Shown in pieces: positions 7,958-17,830 of a stretch of 32,000 nucleotides of DNA (position 1 is the stretch's first letter; the number at the start of each line of letters is the position of its first letter). The notes beneath the pieces are model-generated. The model saw nothing but the letters and a program-made list of their open reading frames with translations. It made no database searches and had not been told where the DNA came from. The stretch is from contig NZ_CP013011.1 of NCBI RefSeq assembly GCF_001412615.1, forward strand, positions 1,620,001 to 1,652,000, given 5' to 3'. The translations under genes and the position numbers were made by a program. This DNA comes from Pyrodictium delaneyi. Lineage in GTDB: Archaea > Thermoproteota > Thermoprotei_A > Sulfolobales > Pyrodictiaceae.

Positions 7958-9046
7958 ATGACTCCTGAGGAGAGGTTGAAGCTGATAACTCGCAATACTG
8001 TTGAGATAGTCACTCTTGAGGAGCTTAGGTCCAAGATAGAGGCTGGTGAGAAGCTTAAAGGCTATCTAGGGTTTGAGCCTAGTGGCCTCTTCCACATAGG
8101 TTGGCTTGTCTGGGCTAATAAGGTCAAAGATCTAGTAGATGCCGGAATAGAGTTCTATCTGCTAGCTGCTACGTGGCACGCGTGGATTAACGATAAGCTT
8201 GGAGGAGATATGGAGCTTATTCGCAAAGCTGCACGGCATGTAGTAGATGTGCTAGAGGCTATAGGTGTGGATAAGGCCAAACTAAAGGTTGTTGATGCAG
8301 AGGATCTTGTGTCCGACAAGGAATACTGGGCTATACTCCTACGAGTTGCTAAGAATAACACGCTAGCGAGGATAAAGCGTGCACTGACGATAATGGGTAG
8401 GAGGGCTGAAGAGGCCGAACTAGACTTCTCGAAGCTGATATACCCGGCGATGCAAGTCACGGACATATTCTATCTTGATCTAGATATAGCTCTAGGTGGG
8501 CTTGATCAACGCAAGGCACACATGCTGGCCAGAGATACTGCGGAGAAGCTTGGCAGAAAGAAGCCTATAGCTATTCATACACCGTTGCTAACTGGCTTGC
8601 AGGGTATTGGTCGAATGAACCCAAGTATGGTTGACGAGGAGCAGCATGCAGTCGAGTTTAAGATGAGTAAGTCTAAGCCGGAGACTGCGGTCTTTGTCTA
8701 CGATAGCCCTGAGGATATAGAGAAGAAGATTTTGCGAGCCTACTGTCCGGCAAGAGAGGTAAAGTTTAACCCCATAATGGAAATCAACAAGTATCTCTTG
8801 TTTGCCAGACCTGGCTTCAAGCTGGTTATAGAACGGCCTGAGAAGTATGGTGGCACTATAATAGTGGAGAGTTATGAGGAGCTTGAGAAACTCTACATTG
8901 AGGGTAGACTCCATCCGCTGGATCTCAAGAAAGCTACAGCAAAGGCGCTTATAGAGATGCTAGAGCCTGTAAGGAGGTACTTTGAGCAGAACCGTGAAGC
9001 GCGAGAAACGCTAGAAGAACTAAAAAAGGCTGCTATCACACGATAA
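7958..9046 (+). CDS. tyrS: Tyrosine--tRNA ligase
   Basis: Colinear with M. jannaschii TyrRS from memory (ITRNTVEIV..GFEPSG.FHIGW, IYPAMQVTDI.YL..DIA.GG.DQRK.HMLARD, KMSKS, NPIMEI, RPEK.GG). ATG at 7958 with GGAGG 8 nt upstream is preferred over GTG at 7943. Confidence 0.93.
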   Translation: MTPEERLKLITRNTVEIVTLEELRSKIEAGEKLKGYLGFEPSGLFHIGWLVWANKVKDLVDAGIEFYLLAATWHAWINDKLGGDMELIRKAARHVVDVLEAIGVDKAKLKVVDAEDLVSDKEYWAILLRVAKNNTLARIKRALTIMGRRAEEAELDFSKLIYPAMQVTDIFYLDLDIALGGLDQRKAHMLARDTAEKLGRKKPIAIHTPLLTGLQGIGRMNPSMVDEEQHAVEFKMSKSKPETAVFVYDSPEDIEKKILRAYCPAREVKFNPIMEINKYLLFARPGFKLVIERPEKYGGTIIVESYEELEKLYIEGRLHPLDLKKATAKALIEMLEPVRRYFEQNREARETLEELKKAAITR

Positions 9047-9187
9047 TGTTTAACGGAGCCTACTGACAGGCTCACAGTCTTCAGCAATACCATCTATGTA
9101 AGAACCCTTACGCGGCTCTTCGTCCACGATGAGGAGCCTGGCTCGTTTAGAGGTAGAGAGGACAACAATACATCATCGCCGCGCCGG

Positions 9188-10474
9188 GTGTCAGAATTGA
9201 AGTACCTTATAAAGGCTAAGATAGAGGTAGAGGGGCTAGTAAATAAGCATGATATAATAGGTGCCATATTTGGACAGACAGAGAATCTTTTCGGAGAGGA
9301 GTTTGACCTACGTGAGTTGCAAGACAGAGGTAGAATTGGACGAGTCCAGGTGGAAGTGAAACATCAAGGTACAAAGACCTATGGTGAAATAACGGTTCCT
9401 TCAAATCTTGATCGTGTTGAGACAGCGTTAATAGCTGCTATGCTCGAATCTGTAGAAAAGGTTGGTCCCTACAAGGCACGTATACACGTCTATGATATAA
9501 TTGACGTCCGTGCGGAGAAGATCAAGAAGATAATCGAGCGGGCCAAAGAGATACTTCGTATATGGTCGCTAGAAAAGACACCAGACCTCCGTGAGGTACT
9601 GAGGGAAATAAGTGAGTCTATCAAGCGTGGTGAAGTAATATCCTACGGGCCGGAGAAGCTACCAGCTGGTCCAGATGTTAACAAGAGTGATGAAATAATA
9701 ATAGTGGAAGGTAGAGCTGACGTAATAAACCTCTTGCGCTATGGTTACCGGAATGTAATAGCGCTGGAAGGCGCACGTGGTAAGATACCAGACACTATAA
9801 TAAAGCTAGCCAAGACCAAGAAAGCTATAGCCTTCGTAGATGGAGATCACGGTGGCGACCTAATACTCTGGGAACTGCTGCGCGTTGCAGACATAGACTA
9901 CGTAGCACGGGCGCCGCCAGGGAAGGAGGTTGAGGATCTAACTGGAAAAGAGATAGCTAGGGCTCTCCGTAACCTAGTCCCCGCAAAAGAATATCTAGCG
10001 ATACTAGAGCGTAAGCTCAAGGGTAAGCCTGAGAAGCCTGCCAAACCTCCTGCTGAGGAAAAACCAGAGACGCCACCGAAGCCTGAGACAAAAGTTGAGG
10101 AGGCTCCTCCAAAACCCTCGAAGCCAGCACAGCCTAAGGCTGAGCCAGTTATACAAATTGAAGTTGAGCGTGTAGAGATACCGCCAAGCATAGTCGAAGA
10201 GATTAAACAGCTAAGTGGCACCCTTGAGGCCATACTCTACGACAAAGAGTGGAAGCCTATAGACAAAGTAGCGGTTAGAGACGTATACAATGTATTGGAA
10301 AAGATAGAGCCAGGCAAGGTCTACGCAATAGTGTATGACGGTATAGTGACGCAGCGTATGCTAGATATCGCAGCACAGAAACAGATAAAGCTACTAATAG
10401 CTAACCGACTTGGCTCTATCGAACGTAGGCCACAAGGTGTGAGCATCTTAACGTTCAGCGATATAACATCCTAG
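9188..10474 (+). CDS. dnaG: Archaeal DnaG-like primase (Toprim domain, exosome-associated type)
   Basis: Strong resemblance to Sulfolobus DnaG (DIIGAIFGQTENLFGEEFDLRELQD.GR.GR, SNLDRVETALIAAM, Toprim IIVEGRADV..L, FVDGDHGG). The start could be GTG 9188 or TTG 9197 (MKYLIK). Contains a Pro/Lys-rich insertion. Confidence 0.9.
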   Translation: MSELKYLIKAKIEVEGLVNKHDIIGAIFGQTENLFGEEFDLRELQDRGRIGRVQVEVKHQGTKTYGEITVPSNLDRVETALIAAMLESVEKVGPYKARIHVYDIIDVRAEKIKKIIERAKEILRIWSLEKTPDLREVLREISESIKRGEVISYGPEKLPAGPDVNKSDEIIIVEGRADVINLLRYGYRNVIALEGARGKIPDTIIKLAKTKKAIAFVDGDHGGDLILWELLRVADIDYVARAPPGKEVEDLTGKEIARALRNLVPAKEYLAILERKLKGKPEKPAKPPAEEKPETPPKPETKVEEAPPKPSKPAQPKAEPVIQIEVERVEIPPSIVEEIKQLSGTLEAILYDKEWKPIDKVAVRDVYNVLEKIEPGKVYAIVYDGIVTQRMLDIAAQKQIKLLIANRLGSIERRPQGVSILTFSDITS

Positions 10475-10579
10475 AGGCTAATATATTCCAAGTTCTTTTG
10501 TATTGTTATCTCTATGCCTTTCCAATGCCTTGTATTTGAATTAGTGTGTACTCGCTGGTATTTCTATTAAGCCTTTATG

Positions 10580-11746
10580 CTAGAGCTGTATATTGGGCAA
10601 GAGCACTAATAGTGTTATGGCCGACACAAGAGTTGCTAAGAGGCCTCCTTTTTCTTCACCAAGCTTTGCTACAGCTATATCGCGTATTATCTGGGCGCCA
10701 TCAGTTATGAAGAGTGGTGCAGCATTAATTATGGCTAATCCTATGTTTATCATAGACGCTAGTGTTAATACTATAAATACTGTATATGCCGTTGTTCCGC
10801 TGAATCCCATTTTTACTAGCGTTGAAGGGATATCGGCTAGGTATATGCCGATACGTTCATACAGCTCTCTATCTGGCGCTGATGGAGGTACACTAGGCTT
10901 CACTACTGTGATGTTCTCTCCTTTGAGGGTCTGAAATATTACAACTAATGTCACGTTTGCGAGTGTTCCACCATTCTTTTCACGGAGATTTGCAAGGTAC
11001 TTTGCAAACTCGGGTACGCTGTGGAATACAGTATTGTTTACCGTTATAGAGTAGAAGACGTCACCGCTCCTAATCCCTGCCTTATAGGCAAATGAACCGG
11101 GCTCTACATCCACTATGGCTATGTATGTTCCACCATGAGATAAAGCAATTATTACTCCGCTAAGAATTGCAAACACAACTATGTTCGCTAGTATGCCTGC
11201 AGCATAGACTCTGAGCTTACTACGAGTTGGAGCTCTTGTTAGCTCGTCTTCGTCAGGCTCGACAAATGCAGCAGGTAGTACTCCTAATGCTATTAGAAAT
11301 CCTGCAGACTTGACACGGATGCCTTCATAACGAGCTGCTAGAGCGTGCGAAAGCTCATGGAATATTATAGCAAGGGAGAGACCCGGAAGAAGGTACAAGA
11401 ATGTCTCGATGCTAATAGTGACGCCAGGAATTATAGGCATAATCGGAGCTACCCCTTCGGGTCCTCCGCGGAAAAGAAGCTGTAGTATCCTAGACACGGT
11501 TAGTCTATAGAACTCGGCCATGAGTATGAATGTTGCCACTATGCCGACATCGAATAATAGCCCTAATAATCGGTAGCGTCTAAGTGTGTCGAATATGTGG
11601 AAGCTCGACGGTATACGCAACAAGACTATTAATGGACTTATAGATAGTTTCGAATCCTCTCTTTCACCACGCAGTTTCCATAGAATAGTTGTTAGCAAAA
11701 TCCAAACCGTTAAATAGAGTAATAGTAGGTTAAGTGTTTCCGGCAT
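10580..11746 (-). CDS. Site-2 protease family (M50) membrane metalloprotease with PDZ domain
   Basis: HELSHAL zinc motif within a TM helix, multiple TM segments, and a central PDZ-like segment (PGSFAYKAGIRSGDVFYSI). Confidence 0.85.
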   Translation of the reverse strand: MPETLNLLLLYLTVWILLTTILWKLRGEREDSKLSISPLIVLLRIPSSFHIFDTLRRYRLLGLLFDVGIVATFILMAEFYRLTVSRILQLLFRGGPEGVAPIMPIIPGVTISIETFLYLLPGLSLAIIFHELSHALAARYEGIRVKSAGFLIALGVLPAAFVEPDEDELTRAPTRSKLRVYAAGILANIVVFAILSGVIIALSHGGTYIAIVDVEPGSFAYKAGIRSGDVFYSITVNNTVFHSVPEFAKYLANLREKNGGTLANVTLVVIFQTLKGENITVVKPSVPPSAPDRELYERIGIYLADIPSTLVKMGFSGTTAYTVFIVLTLASMINIGLAIINAAPLFITDGAQIIRDIAVAKLGEEKGGLLATLVSAITLLVLLPNIQL

Positions 11747-11918
11747 CGCTATAGCTCTACCTCCCTTGTATCCAGGGCTGTCGGGGGAACTAGAGGCTTG
11801 GAGTTATAAGTCCCTAGTAGTCTCGTGTTTAGATTGCATGGTGTGGACGGCTAGACTATCGCAATAGTTTCCAGGATATCTCAGAGCACGAGTATCTGGA
11901 TGCTCTACAAGGTGTGGC

Positions 11919-12653
11919 ATGTTGGGACGCGACAAAGTTGAACGACGAGCAGAGTACCGGGTAGTAGTCTATGACGATAAACAGTGGAAGTTATTAGCTG
12001 ATCTACGCCAGGAGGCTATACACATAATGGAAGCCCTTGTAGCGATGAGGCTAGCTCCTATAGTGCATGGTAGCATAGCTAGGGGTGATGTTCATAAGGA
12101 TAGTGATATAGACATCTTCATACCTTCAATAGTGCCATCTTACCTTGTTGAGGTTGGACTTGAGAGAGCAGGGCTACATGTGTCGCATAAGCTCATAATA
12201 CAAGCAACCCCGCAGAGTACGCCCAAAGTCTACATATCACTTGATGCCGAAGAGAAACGTGTCGTCTCCTTTCCGCTGGCAAAACTGTCCAAAAGAGAGT
12301 ACGAGTTCTACTACTTCGGTGGAGCTCTTGATTATAATGGGCTCATCTCAGGTAAACGCGTCCCCGGGGTCAACAAGAAGCTTGTGCTTATCGAGCCGCT
12401 CCCTAAAGGGCATAAAGAGTCGCCAGTAATAGGCCGCGAAGCAGAAGTTGCAAGAATAGTGGGTGTAAGCATCGATACTGTGCTTGAGAGAGTTAGAGTG
12501 CTCACGCGCCGAGATGAGCATGGTAGGACAGGTGTATTCGTTAAGTATGAGCTTGAACCCTGGGAGTCGATAGAGGATGCTGTTCGAAAAATCGCTAGAG
12601 AGAACCCTGTGTTTCGGCGCACGCTTGCCGCGAAGGGCTCGCCTCTGGTGTAG
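11919..12653 (+). CDS. Nucleotidyltransferase-domain (Pol beta superfamily) protein
   Basis: GSIARGDVHKDSDIDIF is the hG[GS]x9-13DhD signature of the Pol-beta NTase fold. 244 aa with an additional C-terminal domain. Confidence 0.7.
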   Translation: MLGRDKVERRAEYRVVVYDDKQWKLLADLRQEAIHIMEALVAMRLAPIVHGSIARGDVHKDSDIDIFIPSIVPSYLVEVGLERAGLHVSHKLIIQATPQSTPKVYISLDAEEKRVVSFPLAKLSKREYEFYYFGGALDYNGLISGKRVPGVNKKLVLIEPLPKGHKESPVIGREAEVARIVGVSIDTVLERVRVLTRRDEHGRTGVFVKYELEPWESIEDAVRKIARENPVFRRTLAAKGSPLV

Positions 12654-12659
12654 TCTACT

Positions 12660-13709
12660 ATGGGTAGGACAGTAGACATTGTTGGTGATGTATACGCTAT
12701 TGTTGGGAATATGCCATGGGGTTGTAGATTCTGTCTAAGAGGTTCTAAGATAGTTGTATTTGTCACTGGGCTTTGTGATGATAAGTGCTTCTACTGTCCG
12801 GTCTCTCCGGAGAAGCTATATCACGATGTCATTAGGGTTGATGAGGAGCCTGTGCAGAGCCTCGAGGACATACTTGATGAGGTGTATGCAATAGGCGCAG
12901 AGGGGGCAGGCATAACTGGTGGCGATCCTCTTGTAAAGGTGGATAGGACGGTAGGAATAATAAAGATATTGAAGGAAATATTTGGTGATGACTTTCACAT
13001 ACACTTGTATACAAGCGGACGCTACGCATCTTCTGCTGTGCTCCGTGCATTAGAGAGTGCTGGACTCGACGAGATAAGGTTCCATGTCATTGGTGACTGG
13101 GTTCTTCAGCGAATTAGGCTTGCACTTGAAGTTCTAAGAGATGTAGACGTTGGTGTTGAGATACCGATATTTCCTGACCGGATTGAGGAAACGAAACGTT
13201 TGATAAAAAAGCTGGATGAAATGGGAGTTAGCTTTATCAACTTGAACGAGCTAGAGGCATCTGAGAATAATATGCGTGTCCTACTTATGCGTGGATACAA
13301 GATTGTTCCAGGCACTCCAGTCGTGAAGGGAAGCAGAGAGGCTGCTATAGAGATAGTACAATGGGCATCGAAGAATACGAAGAAGATAACGGTCCACTTC
13401 TGTCCCGCGGGCTACAAGGACAGAGTGCAGATGCGTATAAGACTTATACGTAAGGCGTTGAGGACTGCGAAGCCGTACGAGAAGGTCGCTGCAGATGGTA
13501 TGGTAGTGGTACTCGAGGTCGAGCCTACCGACCAGGCGAAACAACTGGCCAGAGAGGGCTATGGCGAACCCGGAGATAATAGGATACTATTGCACCCGGA
13601 TCTGCATCTGCCGGGTGCTCAGGTGCGGAGAAGATATCCGGCTAGGCTAGCTACTGGCCTTCCTCTGGAGCTGCAGGGGATAGCGGAGAATAGCGATAAC
13701 GCCGCCTAG
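12660..13709 (+). CDS. Radical SAM protein (activase-like)
   Basis: CX3CX2C cluster motif (CDDKCFYC) near the N-terminus and a GGDPL SAM-binding motif. Starts 6 nt after the NTase gene stop. Confidence 0.8.
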   Translation: MGRTVDIVGDVYAIVGNMPWGCRFCLRGSKIVVFVTGLCDDKCFYCPVSPEKLYHDVIRVDEEPVQSLEDILDEVYAIGAEGAGITGGDPLVKVDRTVGIIKILKEIFGDDFHIHLYTSGRYASSAVLRALESAGLDEIRFHVIGDWVLQRIRLALEVLRDVDVGVEIPIFPDRIEETKRLIKKLDEMGVSFINLNELEASENNMRVLLMRGYKIVPGTPVVKGSREAAIEIVQWASKNTKKITVHFCPAGYKDRVQMRIRLIRKALRTAKPYEKVAADGMVVVLEVEPTDQAKQLAREGYGEPGDNRILLHPDLHLPGAQVRRRYPARLATGLPLELQGIAENSDNAA

Positions 13710-14732
13710 CGACTTAACCTTAGCCCCTACCGGCGCCTCCATGCTCACGAAGTTTATCTCAGCACGTGTAGAATCGGCCAGTCTAAGTAGCTCATCTACT
13801 CTACTCCTAACTTCTGGGTCTGGATGGTGTAGCAGCTCGTCGAGCACAAGTAGCTGCTCGACTGCACCCATTCTAGCAGCCTCCATAACAATGTCCAATG
13901 TGTATGCTACTCTCTCCGGCTCCCTAGCCAACAGTTTCTCAAACTCCTCGACAATCTTCTCAGCCCTGATGGCAGCGGCTTCACGGAGAGCCTCTCTCAT
14001 GACACCACGTCTAACCTCCTCAAGCACGCCAGCATGTCCGCCCATTGACACGTGATCTGTTAGTAGCTTCACCCCCTGCGGCAGCATGTGGCGAAGACGC
14101 TCAGCAACCATGTCCTTAAGGTTGCCAGGCCCAGCAACTACGACGAGAAGCGGTCTTTCCCGCTCCACTATACCGGCAGCAGTCTTAGCTATGACTGTGA
14201 GTGCTTCCTTCATCCTCTCCTCGCGTAAGGGATCATCCTTTCCCGGAAGATGGAGGCTACCTTCTGCTAGTACCCTAACACCCTGGTCACGAACCACGGC
14301 TATAGCATACTCGTCGTAATCCACGGCTATGATAACAGCCGCTGGCTGTGGTCCGCTGGACTCAAGCTTAGCTAGGAGTGCATGCGGCCAGCCCTGCGGT
14401 TTCACAATCTCGAGCTCGCGGCCGACATCGATACTTATCGTGTGATACTTTCCGAGTACTCCATACTTCTCCGGCCCCTCTACTACAAGACCTCGTATCC
14501 TCAGCCGCGTAGTAAAGGCCTGAAACTCTGTCTTCTCAACCCGTATAGTAAGCGTCATAGGTACACGGCTACTACGTCCCGACCCTCGCTCGCCGAAGTG
14601 CACCTCCCTGACGGTGCGTGCCCTGACAAGATCACCTGGCTGTATTACTGTAGACAGTATCCAAATATCGTCAGTAGTCTCTGGAACGACCTTTACAGCT
14701 CCTCGCCGGGGATCCTTATACACAATCTTCAT
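13647..14732 (-). CDS. pelA: Pelota / Dom34 ribosome rescue factor
   Basis: The N-terminus MKIVYKDPRRGAVKVVPETTDDIWILSTVIQPGDLV and the C-terminus GGVIAILRYP are characteristic of archaeal Pelota. 361 aa. Confidence 0.92.
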   Translation of the reverse strand: MKIVYKDPRRGAVKVVPETTDDIWILSTVIQPGDLVRARTVREVHFGERGSGRSSRVPMTLTIRVEKTEFQAFTTRLRIRGLVVEGPEKYGVLGKYHTISIDVGRELEIVKPQGWPHALLAKLESSGPQPAAVIIAVDYDEYAIAVVRDQGVRVLAEGSLHLPGKDDPLREERMKEALTVIAKTAAGIVERERPLLVVVAGPGNLKDMVAERLRHMLPQGVKLLTDHVSMGGHAGVLEEVRRGVMREALREAAAIRAEKIVEEFEKLLAREPERVAYTLDIVMEAARMGAVEQLLVLDELLHHPDPEVRSRVDELLRLADSTRAEINFVSMEAPVGAKVKSLGGVIAILRYPLQLQRKASS

Positions 14733-14772
14733 TTCTTAGCCGTCCCCTCCTCCACGCTACGGGCTACAGTAG

Positions 14773-15243
14773 ATGCAGTGCTGTAAAACAGTTAGAGCTG
14801 CAGAGCCCCAGGATCTCGATGCAGCCTTCATGATAGAAATAGAGTCCTTCGAAAACCCCTACCCTAGATGGTACTTTGACCTCCTTTACGGTCTCAGCGG
14901 GGGTAAGTACTTCCTGGTATCGACAAATGATAGGGACGAGATAACAGGATATATTATAGGTATACCGCTATCGGGAAATGTGTGCCACATAGCATCAATA
15001 GCTGTCGCGAAACAGTGCCGTAGAAAGGGTGTTGGTACAGCGCTTCTACACAGCCTGCTAGAGCTATGCAGTGCGGATGGTTACACATCGTTTATACTCG
15101 AAGTAGACGTGTACAACTACGTGGCACAGAGGTTGTATGCGTCGAATCTGTTCAAACCTGTTATGGTTGCAACAGACTACTATGGAAGAGGGCGTCACGC
15201 CTTAGTAATGATACTGCTCAACGAGATACCCTGCTGTATCTAG
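14773..15243 (+). CDS. rimI: GNAT N-acetyltransferase, RimI/Ard1-like
   Basis: Acetyl-CoA motif A (IAVAKQCRRKGVGTALL), about 155 aa, with the N-terminal IEIESFENPYPRWYF pattern typical of the RimI family. Confidence 0.8.
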   Translation: MQCCKTVRAAEPQDLDAAFMIEIESFENPYPRWYFDLLYGLSGGKYFLVSTNDRDEITGYIIGIPLSGNVCHIASIAVAKQCRRKGVGTALLHSLLELCSADGYTSFILEVDVYNYVAQRLYASNLFKPVMVATDYYGRGRHALVMILLNEIPCCI

Positions 15244-15369
15244 TCAAGGCTTGTACGAGCAACTAATCATGGCTAGCCAGGCATATAGTGTACAAGTCTA
15301 TCCCTGGGAACTACTACTTTTCACTCTCTACGCTCCTTCTAACAATAGAGGGTAACGGAGGAATCCCCC

Positions 15370-17781
15370 TTGCCGGAGACTATAGAGTTCATGCTTCTTG
15401 ACTCAAGCTATGAAATAGTAGGAAAAGAACCTGTAATAATACTATGGGGTATCACGTTAAATGGTGAACGTGTAGTATTACTCGATAAAAGATTCCGGCC
15501 CTACTTCTATGCGCTTATATCGCCCTCATACGAGGCCAAAGCAGAATACATAGCATCCGCTATAAAGAGGTTAAGCATGGCAAAGAGTCCGATAATAGAG
15601 TCAAGAGTTGTGGATAAGAAGTACTTTGGGAGGCCGCGGAAAGCTGTCAGAGTAACTACAATGGTGCCAGAGACCGTCAGAGAGTATAGAGAAGCTGTGA
15701 AGAAGATAGAGGGAGTGGAAGACTCGCTGGAGGCAGACATAAGGTTTGCAATGAGGTATATCATTGACAAAAAGCTATACCCGTTCATGGCATACCGTGT
15801 GGCGGTCGAGGAAACAGAGCATAGCCAAGGTTTTCGTGTAAGCAAAGTATTCAACATCGTCGGCGAGCCGATTCCGATTGCTGACATAACTAGTATAGAG
15901 CTCCCCGAGATGAGAATTCTCGCGTTCGATATAGAGGTCTACAGTAAGAAAGGAAGTCCTAATCCATCCCGGGACCCAGTCATAATCATATCTCTAAAAG
16001 ATAGTAATGGTAACGAAAAGCTCCTCGAAGCTGACGGCTATAACGATAGGAGTGCTATCCGTGAATTTGTAGACTATATACGCAATTTCGACCCAGACAT
16101 AATAGTCGGATATAATAGTAACCATTTCGACTGGCCATACCTCATTAAACGAGCACGCCGGCTCGGAATAAAGCTAGATGTGACTCGTCGTGTAGGTGCA
16201 GAGCCTACTACGAGCGTCTACGGTCATGTCTCTGTGCAAGGAAGACTAAACGTAGACCTATACGACTACGTAAAGGAAATGCATGAAATTAAGATGAAGA
16301 CTCTGGAGGAAGTGGCTGAGTACCTTGGTGTTATGAAGAAGAGTGAGCGTGTGCTCATAGAGTGGTGGAGAATACCCGAATACTGGGATGATAAGAAGAA
16401 ACGTACGGTATTGAGGCGGTATGCGCTAGACGACGTAAGGGCAACATATGGTCTCGCTGAGAAGCTATTACCTTTCGCTATACAGCTGTCGGCAGTGACA
16501 GGTGTCCCCTTAGATCAGGTAGGGGCTATGGGGGTAGGCTTCCGCCTAGAGTGGTACCTTATAAGGGCTGCTTATGATATGAACGAGCTCGTGCCTAATA
16601 GGGTTAAGCGATATGAAGAAAGCTATAAAGGTGCTGTAGTCTTAAAGCCTCTAAAGGGTATTCACGAAAATGTAGTTGTTCTAGACTTCAGTTCGATGTA
16701 TCCCAGCATAATGATAAAATATAATGTTGGCCCCGACACCATAGTGGATGACCCTTCTGAGTGTGAAAAATATGGAGGCTGTTATGTGGCTCCAGAAGTA
16801 GGGCATAGATTCCGACGGGCACCTCCAGGCTTCTTCAAAATAGTGCTTGAAAACCTCATAAAGCTCCGAAAACAAGTGCGTGCGAAAATGAAGGAACTCT
16901 CCCCAGATAGTCCCGAGTACAGAGTTTATGATGAGAGACAGAAAGCTCTCAAAGTACTTGCAAATGCTAGCTATGGTTATATGGGTTGGACACATGCTCG
17001 GTGGTATTGTAGACGTTGTGCGGAAGCTGTGACAGCCTGGGGACGCAACTTAATACTCACAGCTATAGATTATGCTAGAAAACTTGGCCTTAAGGTGATA
17101 TACGGTGATACAGATTCGCTGTTCGTCGCCTATGATAAGGAGAAGGTAAAGAAACTGATCGAGTTTGTAGAAAAAGAGCTTGGATTCGAGATAAAGATAG
17201 ATAAAATATACCGGAGAGTATTCTTTACTGAGGCCAAGAAACGGTATGTGGGCCTTCTTGAGGATGGACGTATTGACATAGTCGGGTTTGAGGCTGTACG
17301 TGGGGACTGGTGCGAGCTGGCCAAGGAAGTTCAAGAAAGAGTAGCTGAGATAGTCCTAAAGACGGGCGATGTAGACAAAGCTATAGAGTATATAAGAGAT
17401 GTTATAAGGAAGCTAAAGGAAGGTGAGATACCCATAACTAAGCTAGTTATATGGAAGACGTTAACGAAGAGGATAGAGGAGTATGAACATGGGGCACCGC
17501 ATGTAGTCGCTGCTAAGCGTATGCGCGATGCAGGCTATGAAGTATCGCCAGGGGATAAGATAGGCTATGTGATAGTCAAAGGGCGAGATAGTATATCAAA
17601 CAGAGCTTATCCATACTTTATGGTTGAGCCGTCAAGAGTAGACATAGAGTATTACATAGACCATCAGATAGTTCCAGCTGTAATGAGGATACTCTCGTAT
17701 TTCGGTGTCACGGAGAGGCAGCTCAAAGTAGTCTCGGCTGGATATAGAAGTCTTTTCGATTTCTTTGCATCAAAAGCGTAG
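15370..17781 (+). CDS. polB: Family B DNA polymerase (euryarchaeal-PolB / crenarchaeal PolB3-like)
   Basis: Exo I FDIEV, Exo II (GYNSNHFDWPYL), Pol motifs LDFSSMYPSI, KVLANASYGY and YGDTDS. The TTG at 15370 gives 803 aa. The ATG at 15391 (MLLDSSY, compare Pfu MILDVDY) is an equally plausible start. No intein. Confidence 0.95.
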   Translation: MPETIEFMLLDSSYEIVGKEPVIILWGITLNGERVVLLDKRFRPYFYALISPSYEAKAEYIASAIKRLSMAKSPIIESRVVDKKYFGRPRKAVRVTTMVPETVREYREAVKKIEGVEDSLEADIRFAMRYIIDKKLYPFMAYRVAVEETEHSQGFRVSKVFNIVGEPIPIADITSIELPEMRILAFDIEVYSKKGSPNPSRDPVIIISLKDSNGNEKLLEADGYNDRSAIREFVDYIRNFDPDIIVGYNSNHFDWPYLIKRARRLGIKLDVTRRVGAEPTTSVYGHVSVQGRLNVDLYDYVKEMHEIKMKTLEEVAEYLGVMKKSERVLIEWWRIPEYWDDKKKRTVLRRYALDDVRATYGLAEKLLPFAIQLSAVTGVPLDQVGAMGVGFRLEWYLIRAAYDMNELVPNRVKRYEESYKGAVVLKPLKGIHENVVVLDFSSMYPSIMIKYNVGPDTIVDDPSECEKYGGCYVAPEVGHRFRRAPPGFFKIVLENLIKLRKQVRAKMKELSPDSPEYRVYDERQKALKVLANASYGYMGWTHARWYCRRCAEAVTAWGRNLILTAIDYARKLGLKVIYGDTDSLFVAYDKEKVKKLIEFVEKELGFEIKIDKIYRRVFFTEAKKRYVGLLEDGRIDIVGFEAVRGDWCELAKEVQERVAEIVLKTGDVDKAIEYIRDVIRKLKEGEIPITKLVIWKTLTKRIEEYEHGAPHVVAAKRMRDAGYEVSPGDKIGYVIVKGRDSISNRAYPYFMVEPSRVDIEYYIDHQIVPAVMRILSYFGVTERQLKVVSAGYRSLFDFFASKA

Positions 17782-17798
17782 AGGGACTGGAGTAGAAT

Positions 17799-17808
17799 AT
17801 TTTATAAA
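17799..17808 (+). promoter_or_regulatory. TATA box (ATTTTATAAA) for the GTPase gene
   Basis: A strong TATA-like element 23-32 nt upstream of the ATG at 17831, consistent with a leaderless archaeal transcript. Confidence 0.4.
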
Positions 17809-17830
17809 CAGTACGCCGCTGTATGCAGCT

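Noticed and set aside
11919-12653. The nucleotidyltransferase as an MNT-type antitoxin or toxin of an MNT/HEPN module, or as a CBASS-like defence NTase
   Set aside because: There is no HEPN partner or effector gene adjacent. At 244 aa it is larger than minimal MNTs, its neighbour is a radical SAM enzyme, and the context is housekeeping.
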